Made by a program: the position numbers and the translations under genes. 64,000 nt of DNA, taken from contig JAUQPZ010000003.1 in NCBI GenBank assembly GCA_030550155.1, forward strand, positions 22,916 to 86,915, written 5' to 3'. Source of the stretch: Thermoproteota archaeon (GTDB taxonomy: Archaea; Thermoproteota; Nitrososphaeria_A; Caldarchaeales; Calditenuaceae). Below are positions 56,984 to 64,000 of this stretch, piece by piece. How positions within the stretch are numbered: position 1 is the first letter of the stretch; every line of letters begins with the position of its first letter. The notes under the pieces are model-generated. The model searched no databases. It was not told the DNA's origin and saw only the letters and a program-made list of their open reading frames with translations.

Positions 56984-57814
56984 AGGGCTCCGCCTGCTGC
57001 GGTTTTGCACGGAGGAGGGCGATGTGGGTTATCGCCGACGTTACCGCCCAAGCGGCTATTCCGGCTGGGCCGAGACCTCCGAGCTCGCGCTGCAGAGTCG
57101 TCACGAGAATTGTTAGGCCCCATACCGCGTTTATGGTCCCGTGGAGGGAGGCGGCGGGCAGCACGCTGGATGAGCTGCGGCGGACGTCTGCGTGTGGGAG
57201 GGAGAGGGAGGCGGTGAAGGCTATGAACAGGGCTGCTCCGAGTAGTCTGTTCTCGGGATAGTTGTGCCCGAGGAGTATTATTCCTGAGGCGTGCCAGAGC
57301 CCCCAGACCAAGCCCACGACGAGGGCGGCCCTCACCGCTCCGAGTCCCCGCTCCTCCAGCTCGACCTGTAGATAGCCTCTCCAGCCAATCTCCTCGCCCA
57401 GAGCGAAGAGGGTGTTAATCGTGAGAGCCGCCAGATAAGAGTTCAGAAGTATCAGGGCAATAGGGCCTTATCAGTTATCTGGGGCGGCGTCAGGCCCCGG
57501 AGAGGCTCGAGGGTGAAGAAGCCCATGGACGCTGTGATGAGGATGTAGAAAAGGAGCGCGGCGAAAACTATCAGTGGGGAGGCGAGGAAGTAGATGAAGA
57601 CCCTCATGCCGAGGCGCAGAGACCTCCTCAACACGCCGGGGCCGGCCACGAGAACGGCCGAGGCCGCGCGCGTATACATCCTTGCGGCGCCCCAGACCAG
57701 GGTTGCGAGGCTGTCCGTCAGCCCGCCTAGCAAGTAGGCTGCGGCATCGATGAGCCCCGCGGGAAGCATAGAGAGCGCAGAGTAGGCGATAATCCTGCGT
57801 AGGCTTGTGTCCAT
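56973..57814 (-). pseudogene. CPBP (CAAX protease / Abi) family intramembrane metalloprotease, interrupted by a frameshift
   Basis: ORF 57452..57814 encodes N-terminal TM helices. Translating upstream of ORF 56973..57335 in its own frame gives ...FALGEEIGWRGYLQVELEER... (motif 1, EExxxR), and that ORF contains GLWHA (motif 2) and HGTIN (motif 3). The two segments are in different frames, with stop codons near 57452 and ~57468. Confidence 0.7.
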
Positions 57815-57858
57815 GCGGCAGGGAGGGCCCGCTTGGATATAAGTGTGAGGGCCTGTTT

Positions 57859-59199
57859 CTAGGGGAGCCGCTGAGCGGCCGCGTAAATCCGCTCTGCAGC
57901 CTCGGTTATTCTCAGACCGTAGAGGCCGGGGATGTAGCTCTCGAGAACGTCGCTGAGCGGCTCAAACCAGACTCTCCTCACCCGGTCCCCCAAGCCTTTG
58001 TAGCCCTTCATGACTCCTATGATTGAGCCCACGGTTGCTCCGTTGCAGTCTGTGTCGAGGCCGCAGCTCACGGCCATCGTTATCGACCTGGTGTAGTCTC
58101 CCCCGCCCCAGAGGAGTGCTGCGGCGACTATCGCTGCGTTAGGTACTGTGTGGACTGGGTGGTATTGGCGTAGCTTGTCCTCCATGAGGCTTACTACTTC
58201 TTCCCAGCCAGCGCCCCTCCTCCAAGCATCTACGACCAGCTCCACAGCCTCTCTCAGCCTACACCTCTCAGGTATGACGGATATTCCAGCATCAATAACC
58301 CTCTCCACATCATCCTCGACAAAGGCCCACGCAATCATCCCCGCAACCATCATCTCGCCGTAGACACCATTCTTGACATGGCTTAGTGCAGCGTCTCTGT
58401 AGGCGAGCTCGGAGGCCCTAAGAGGGCCGCCGGGGCAGACATATCCCCACAGGTCTGCCCTAATCTGGGCGCCGATCCATTCCCTGTAGGGGTTCATGTG
58501 GAGGGCGGTCTCGGGCGGTTCGAGACAGTTCACCAGGTTCCTGTAGGCTGCTCTCTCGGCGGTGTAGACTCCGGCGTATGGGAGGTTCTCAAGCCACTCC
58601 TGGCCGATGTCTAGGCTGTTGAAGTCTCCGCCTCTCTTCTCGACTACGCGGAGATTGATGAGCGTGTAGTCGATGTCGTCGTCTCTGAGGACTCTGTCGA
58701 TGTTTCCCGCCGTGGCCTTGAGGATGTGGCTGCGCCGCAGCTCCTCCTCCGTGAAGAAGGCTGGGGGAACAAATCCCTCCAGCGCCTTTATGCCTCGGCT
58801 CGAGAATCTCTGCGAGACTCCTCTCCAGCCCTGAGAGATTCCGATGAACTCGAGGGGCTTGCCCAGCATGTTCCCAGCGCACCTGCCGAAGAACCCGCCT
58901 AGTATCTTGTCTCTAACCATCTCGGGAATTGGCGTCTCCTCTCTCCGCCAGCCCGGGGAGCAGGCCCTTATCTCGCTGAGCTCGGACGGCTCGTGATACG
59001 GATACCCCCTCCTCATGGGCAGCGATCTCAGCTCGCCGAAGATCTCCTCTGCAACCCTTGAACCACCTTCCGCCAGTCTTCTAAGTAGCTCGTCCCTCAT
59101 GACCCCCCTTAGTTCCCTGCCCTCCTCGCCTAGCTGGATAAGCTCATGTTCAAGGAGCTCAAAAGCTTCCGGGCCGACGACACAGCGGCTAGGATGCAC
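57859..59199 (-). CDS. ADP-ribosylglycohydrolase family protein
   Basis: 446 aa. ARH motifs DKILGGFFGRCAGNMLG near the N-terminal core and C-terminal GLDTDCNGATVGSIIG (metal-binding Asp/Thr). The first ~93 residues may be an extension or over-call; an internal Met lies before VRDKILGG. Confidence 0.75.
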   Translation of the reverse strand: MHPSRCVVGPEAFELLEHELIQLGEEGRELRGVMRDELLRRLAEGGSRVAEEIFGELRSLPMRRGYPYHEPSELSEIRACSPGWRREETPIPEMVRDKILGGFFGRCAGNMLGKPLEFIGISQGWRGVSQRFSSRGIKALEGFVPPAFFTEEELRRSHILKATAGNIDRVLRDDDIDYTLINLRVVEKRGGDFNSLDIGQEWLENLPYAGVYTAERAAYRNLVNCLEPPETALHMNPYREWIGAQIRADLWGYVCPGGPLRASELAYRDAALSHVKNGVYGEMMVAGMIAWAFVEDDVERVIDAGISVIPERCRLREAVELVVDAWRRGAGWEEVVSLMEDKLRQYHPVHTVPNAAIVAAALLWGGGDYTRSITMAVSCGLDTDCNGATVGSIIGVMKGYKGLGDRVRRVWFEPLSDVLESYIPGLYGLRITEAAERIYAAAQRLP

Positions 59200-59222
59200 G
59201 ATAGACGCATAGCCGAGCCCGG

Positions 59223-59232
59223 TAATTATATC
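59223..59232 (+). promoter_or_regulatory. TATA-like element in the divergent ARH / GH78 intergenic region
   Basis: taattatatc lies ~25-34 nt upstream of the ATG at 59257, the likely GH78 start. Confidence 0.3.
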
Positions 59233-59256
59233 TATACGGCACGACGAAGTTTAAGC

Positions 59257-61986
59257 ATGCATCAAGCTTCGAGTCCACCGCCCCCCCATAGCCTCCGCTG
59301 CGAATACATGGTGAACCCTGTTGGGCTTGACATTCATAGACCAAGATTCTCTTGGGCTCTTACTCACGGTGAGCGGGGTAGGGTCCAGTCGGCCTACCGG
59401 ATAATAGTCTCTAGCAGTCTCGAGAGTGCGGAGCGTTGTGTCGGAGACATCTGGGATAGTGGGAGAGTAGAGTCGGACCAGTCAACGAATGTGGAGTACG
59501 GTGGCGGGCCGCTTAAGAGCAGATGGAGATATTACTGGAGGGTGAAGTGGTGGGATGATCTGGGGAGGGAGAGCCGGTTCAGCGATACCGCATTTTTCGA
59601 GACAGGCATACTCCATCCAGGTGAGTGGAGGGCTAAGTGGATTACCGGGGGAAGGCTGCTCAGGAGAGAGTTTAGGATAGATGGGAGGGTCAGACGTGCA
59701 CGAGCATACATCTGCGGCCTCGGATACTATGAGCTGCGGATAAATGGTGAGAAGATAGGCGACAGAGTCCTAGACCCTCCCTGGACCGACTACGAGAAAT
59801 TAGCGCTCTATACGGTCTACGACGTGACAGGCAAAGTCAGAGAAGGGGCCAACGCTGTTGCGGTCATGCTGGGGAACGGCAGATACTCGCTTAGGCATGA
59901 GTGGAGGATGGGGGATTTTCAGGTTAAGAGATACAGGGATGCTGAGCCCAAGGTGATTGCAGAGATCTGGGTCTGGCTCGAGGATATGGGCCAGATGGTT
60001 ATCGTGACTGACGAGGATTGGAGGGTCTCGGAAGGCCCGATAGTCTATGACGACATTTACGGCGGCGAGGTCTATGACGCTAGGCTGGAGAGGCCTGGAT
60101 GTGATATGCCCGGATACGACGACTCTGGATGGAGGAGGGCAACGATGGCTGCTCCTCCCTGCGAGGCGCTGCTCTCCTCAGCCACTTCACCACCCATCAG
60201 AAGAGTAAGGCTACACACCCCTAAGAATATACTGAGTCCGCGGCTAGGCGTTTATGTCTTCGACTTCGGCCAGAACTTCTCTGGCTGGGCAAGGCTGAGA
60301 GTCAGCGGCGAGAGGGGGAGGGAGGTTAAGCTCAGATATGCTGAGCTGCTAAACGAGGATGGAACTGTGAACACGGCTCCGAACAGGGCCGCCAAGTCCA
60401 CGGACATTTATGTGCTGAAGGGCGAGGGGCTGGAGGAGTATGAGCCGCGCTTCACCTATCATGGTTTTAGATACGTGGAGCTGACAGGCTACCCGGGGAC
60501 TCCGAACATCGAGAGCCTCACGGGAGTCGAGGTGCACACAGATGTCCCGGCAATAGGCGGGTTCTCATGCTCAAACTCTCTGATAAACGATATCCACCGC
60601 GTCATCATCTGGTCGATATTGAGCAACTTGATGAGTGTGCCGACTGACTGCCCACAGCGGGATGAGAGGCTCGGCTGGATGGGCGACGCTCACTTGGTCG
60701 CAGAGGCTGCGATATTCAACTTCGACATAGCCGCCTTCTATCACAAGTGGCTGAGGGACGTCAGGCTGGCTCAGGCGGAGGATGGAAGCGTCCCCGATGT
60801 CGTCCCGCCCTACTGGATGCTCTACCCCGCAGACCCGGCCTGGGGCTCGGCCTGCACAATAATTCCCTGGCTCCTCCACCTATACTACGGAGATAGGAGA
60901 GCCCTAGAGGAGAACTATGAGATGATGAGGAGATGGGTAAGCTTTCTCGCATCCAAGGCGGAGAACGGCATAGTTAGGCTTAGCAAATACGGCGACTGGT
61001 GTAGGCCGGGCTTCATATCCTCCCCCGAGACACCGGGAGAGCTCGTATCCACGTGGTTCTACTACTACTCGGCGAAGATTGTGGCTGAGGCCGCGAGGGC
61101 GTTGGGCAGAGATGAGGATTGGAGGAGATACTCAGCCTTGGCCGAGGAGATAAAGAAGGCGTTTAACCGAGAGTTCCTAGCGGACGGGCGCTACGGTGTC
61201 GTGAAGCCGTCAGGTCAAACAGCCCCGCTCAGCAGCCAGACCTCCAACACGCTCCCACTCTATCTCGACATAGCCCCGGAAGACAAAGCTCAGAGCATCC
61301 TCAAGAGCCTCCTCGAGGACATAGCCCTGCGGAGGGACTATCACCTCGCCACAGGAATCATCGGAACGAGATACCTTCCTGAGACACTATCAAAGTATGG
61401 TGAGAGCGAGACAGCATACAGGATCCTGAGCCAGACAAGCTATCCCAGCTGGGGATACATGATTAGGGAGGGGGCCACAACGCTCTGGGAGAGGTGGGAG
61501 CTATTAACTGGAAGCGGAATGAACTCCCACAATCACGCGATGTTTGGAAGCATAGACTCGTGGTTCTACAAAGTGGTAGCCGGCATAAACATCGACCCCC
61601 AAGAACCCGGGTTCAAGAGGATAATAGTGAAGCCCCATATCGTCGGAGACCTGAAACATGCCTCCGCGTCGATCAACACTCTCAGGGGGCCGGTCTACTC
61701 GGGCTGGCGAAAGAGCGGCGAGAGACTGGCGGTGGAGGTCTCGATACCGGTTAACAGCGCCGGGTCGATATGGCTACCCGTCAAAGACATAGTTAACCCG
61801 TTGATCTCCGAGGGCGAGACGACTCTGTGGAGGGACGGCCGCTACGTTCCAGGAGTTGAGGGTATAAAATCCGCGCATAGAGAGGGGGATTATGTCGTAT
61901 TAGAAGTCGGCTCAGGCACCTATCACTTCGAGATAGTACCCGGGGCGTCGGCCACTAGAGAATATCGCTCAGAGCCTCTTGGCTGA
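59257..61986 (+). CDS. GH78 alpha-L-rhamnosidase
   Basis: Six-hairpin catalytic domain motifs DCPQRDERLGWMGDAHL and HAMFGSIDSWFYKVVAGI. The N-terminus aligns from ...LRCEYMVNPVGLDIHRPRFSWAL. The ORF track starts at 59146 but overlaps the ARH gene, so the ATG at 59257 (MHQASSPP...) is preferred. Confidence 0.85.
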   Translation: MHQASSPPPPHSLRCEYMVNPVGLDIHRPRFSWALTHGERGRVQSAYRIIVSSSLESAERCVGDIWDSGRVESDQSTNVEYGGGPLKSRWRYYWRVKWWDDLGRESRFSDTAFFETGILHPGEWRAKWITGGRLLRREFRIDGRVRRARAYICGLGYYELRINGEKIGDRVLDPPWTDYEKLALYTVYDVTGKVREGANAVAVMLGNGRYSLRHEWRMGDFQVKRYRDAEPKVIAEIWVWLEDMGQMVIVTDEDWRVSEGPIVYDDIYGGEVYDARLERPGCDMPGYDDSGWRRATMAAPPCEALLSSATSPPIRRVRLHTPKNILSPRLGVYVFDFGQNFSGWARLRVSGERGREVKLRYAELLNEDGTVNTAPNRAAKSTDIYVLKGEGLEEYEPRFTYHGFRYVELTGYPGTPNIESLTGVEVHTDVPAIGGFSCSNSLINDIHRVIIWSILSNLMSVPTDCPQRDERLGWMGDAHLVAEAAIFNFDIAAFYHKWLRDVRLAQAEDGSVPDVVPPYWMLYPADPAWGSACTIIPWLLHLYYGDRRALEENYEMMRRWVSFLASKAENGIVRLSKYGDWCRPGFISSPETPGELVSTWFYYYSAKIVAEAARALGRDEDWRRYSALAEEIKKAFNREFLADGRYGVVKPSGQTAPLSSQTSNTLPLYLDIAPEDKAQSILKSLLEDIALRRDYHLATGIIGTRYLPETLSKYGESETAYRILSQTSYPSWGYMIREGATTLWERWELLTGSGMNSHNHAMFGSIDSWFYKVVAGINIDPQEPGFKRIIVKPHIVGDLKHASASINTLRGPVYSGWRKSGERLAVEVSIPVNSAGSIWLPVKDIVNPLISEGETTLWRDGRYVPGVEGIKSAHREGDYVVLEVGSGTYHFEIVPGASATREYRSEPLG

Positions 61987-62458
61987 GGTTAGCCGAGACC
62001 ACGACCACCGGCACCGTGGCCTTCTCAATCACTTTTTTGATGACGCGGCCGCCGCTAGGGTCCATGAATACGCCACCCCTATAGCCCATGACTATGACGG
62101 CCGCAAGCTTCTCAGCCTGCTCCAAAATAACCCTCGCAGGGTCCCCCGCGAGGCTCAACAATTTCACCCTCGCACCACTATCTACCAACTCCGAGACGAT
62201 GTTGTGAACAGCCAGCAGCTCCTCGTTCAGAGACTTATCCTTAAGAGCAAGAATGGGCTCGGGACCGACCTCGCCGGGGCTCGGCCTTCCAATTCCTTGG
62301 ACGCCGGATACAATATGCTCGCTAACCACGTGAAGCAGGATTAACTGGAGCCCAAGCCTCTCCGCCAGCCTCCGCGCCACCCAGGCCACCTTCCTACTCA
62401 CGGGCGACCCATCGATGCTAGCTAATACCGCCTTCACCAGTCTCATAGACCTGCTCAC
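61955..62458 (-). CDS. universal stress protein (UspA family)
   Basis: 167 aa. USP ATP-binding motifs (ILLHVV ... VIVMGYRGG ... GSVSEKVIKKATVPVVVV-like). Confidence 0.8.
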   Translation of the reverse strand: MSRSMRLVKAVLASIDGSPVSRKVAWVARRLAERLGLQLILLHVVSEHIVSGVQGIGRPSPGEVGPEPILALKDKSLNEELLAVHNIVSELVDSGARVKLLSLAGDPARVILEQAEKLAAVIVMGYRGGVFMDPSGGRVIKKVIEKATVPVVVVSANLSQEALSDIL

Positions 62459-62495
62459 AATGATTTAAATCATGAGCAACACTGGGACCTAGGCA

Positions 62496-63680
62496 TCACT
62501 TCGAGAGCTGATTATGCAGCAGGCCAAAGACCAGCCTACCAATGGCTGAGATGGTAAGGGTTATTCTGAGCGCGTCCGCCAGCCCCATGCTCTGCTCAAG
62601 CTGCTGCAGGAGTTGGCCACCGACGACGGAGCCGAAGAAGAATGCGACCCCCTGTAAGAGGTTATAGACGGCTGTGAATGTACCTCTATCCTCAACGCTC
62701 GTAATGCGGGTGATATATAGCAGAAGGGAGATGTTGATACCCGCGTTCACCATCCCCGCGACGATGTCTATTAAAAGGAGGGACTCGAAGGATGGGATGT
62801 ATGCGTAGACAACAGGGAGAGAGGCGAGAGAGGCCCTGCAGTAGGCCAGAGAGCGGACATCTCCCAACTTCTCGAAGACTCCGCGGCCAATGCTTGAGAA
62901 TATCAAGCCGGAGACCGCAGAGACGATGGAGAGTATAGCTATCTCGAAGAAACTGAGCTCCAAAACCCTTGTCATGGTTATGGTGAAGCCGGGCCAGGCG
63001 ATCGACATGTAGAATCCATAGACGTTGGAGATTATCGTGAATCTGAGAAATTGACGCGAGGCTATGATATGCTCTATAACGTACTGTACTGTTAGCTCGC
63101 TACTCAGGACTTTCGGCCTGTGAGGTTCTTTCATCCCCCAGAAAACAAGCGCGGATAGGACACCCGCAACCGCAGCTATCGCGAAACCGAGCTGATACCC
63201 AGGCAGCCCGAGGAGAGAGCCAAAGCCAACCGAGAACGTTGAGATTATAGATCCAACCTGCCCCCAAAAATTCAGAGTAGCCATAACCACCGAACGCACA
63301 GCCAGCGGCACAACCTCGCCTATTAGCGCAGTATATATCGGCGCAGAGACTGAGGCAATTATGAACTGTGCCCCAACCAGTGCAATATAGAAAAGCGGGT
63401 CGTTAACCACAAGTATAGGCACCCACAGCAGAGAGGAGATCAGCGTGCTGTAAAGAATAGGCCGGACCCGAGACCCTCTCTTATCGCTCAGGAATCCCCA
63501 GAGAGGCTGCAGGGCGCTCGCCGCCAAGTTGTTTACGGCGTGGAGGAAGCCGATTTGAGATGATGTAGCTCCAAGCACCGCCGCATAAACCGCGATGAAT
63601 GGTTGCGAGGCCCCGCCTGAGAGGGAGGACAATATAGACCTCGCATAAAGCCTCTTAATCCGCCCATTCGCCGCAGCCAA
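62496..63680 (-). CDS. MFS transporter
   Basis: 394 aa, 12 predicted TM helices, MFS loop 2-3 motif region (GFLSDKRGSR). Confidence 0.85.
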   Translation of the reverse strand: MAAANGRIKRLYARSILSSLSGGASQPFIAVYAAVLGATSSQIGFLHAVNNLAASALQPLWGFLSDKRGSRVRPILYSTLISSLLWVPILVVNDPLFYIALVGAQFIIASVSAPIYTALIGEVVPLAVRSVVMATLNFWGQVGSIISTFSVGFGSLLGLPGYQLGFAIAAVAGVLSALVFWGMKEPHRPKVLSSELTVQYVIEHIIASRQFLRFTIISNVYGFYMSIAWPGFTITMTRVLELSFFEIAILSIVSAVSGLIFSSIGRGVFEKLGDVRSLAYCRASLASLPVVYAYIPSFESLLLIDIVAGMVNAGINISLLLYITRITSVEDRGTFTAVYNLLQGVAFFFGSVVGGQLLQQLEQSMGLADALRITLTISAIGRLVFGLLHNQLSK

Positions 63681-63811
63681 CTTTGCAGGAGAAGAAACAT
63701 AATTTACAATTTAGACATTACAGCAAAACTGCGCAACAGTCATCTCCGCGAACAATCGGACCGCGCGCAAATAATTTAATATGCTCCAGGCGGAGAAGTA
63801 TACTTGGACCT

Positions 63812-64000
63812 ATGAGGATAGAGACTCTGACAGGGATGATCCTCGTGGTGCTCGGCATAGTCCTCATACTAATTGGTGTGGCTCCACGCATACTCGAGAC
63901 TATACCTAGACTCCACCCCCTCATCTATACACAGATAACAATAGGCGACCTTAAAATCGGGACCTCACCCCTCATAATCATCATATTAACTGTCCTCTAC
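63812..64000 (+). CDS. small hydrophobic membrane protein, 5' portion (truncated by window edge)
   Basis: ATG at ~63812 followed by an uninterrupted hydrophobic reading frame (MRIETLTGMILVVLGIVLILIGVAP...) to the window end. AT-rich putative promoter upstream. Confidence 0.3.
   Translation, partial: MRIETLTGMILVVLGIVLILIGVAPRILETIPRLHPLIYTQITIGDLKIGTSPLIIIILTVLY

Noticed and set aside
63718-63924. 68-aa minus-strand ORF
   Set aside because: Overlaps the putative promoter and 5' end of a better plus-strand hydrophobic ORF, and its composition is atypical for coding.
1-64000. CRISPR arrays, tRNA/rRNA genes, intact transposases or integrases
   Set aside because: No periodic direct repeats, no tRNA-like cloverleaf signatures outside CDSs, and no transposase or integrase motifs found by eye. 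Absence should be confirmed with tRNAscan-SE, CRISPR finders and an IS database.

Overview
The window is a GC-rich (~58%) chromosomal segment that looks crenarchaeal, probably Thermoproteales-like. Many genes start on TTG or GTG, and several neighbours overlap by four bases. It is mostly housekeeping content, and I found no CRISPR array, tRNA, rRNA or intact transposase. Recognisable genes on both strands include DNA primase PriL, PCNA, a short XPF nuclease, endonuclease V, serine hydroxymethyltransferase, pyruvate phosphate dikinase, both RpiA and RpiB, a class I aldolase, Thi4, a pyrB-pyrI-pyrC-like operon, ABCE1, thioredoxin reductase, Hsp20, a PduO-type corrinoid adenosyltransferase, two ABC importers (polar amino acid; BtuFCD/FecBCD-like) and a complete LysW carrier-protein lysine/arginine biosynthesis cluster followed by argH. 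The 3' third carries a glycan-utilisation island (GH31 alpha-glucosidase, GH78 alpha-L-rhamnosidase, ADP-ribosylglycohydrolase, MFS transporter, USP). Observations worth a second look: (1) a CPBP/Abi-type intramembrane protease gene split by a frameshift, with all catalytic motifs in the downstream frame; (2) an ~840 bp ORF-free, lower-GC gap at 6555-7395; (3) a stand-alone PqqD/RRE-like small protein on a TTG start with a 10-codon ORF just upstream; (4) a membrane-anchored wHTH regulator co-oriented with a secreted coiled-coil protein; (5) an archaemetzincin-like protein that has lost its HExxH motif; (6) an AT-rich ~1 kb island of fragmentary ORFs next to XPF. All calls come from reading the translated ORFs and the nucleotide sequence; I ran no database searches.
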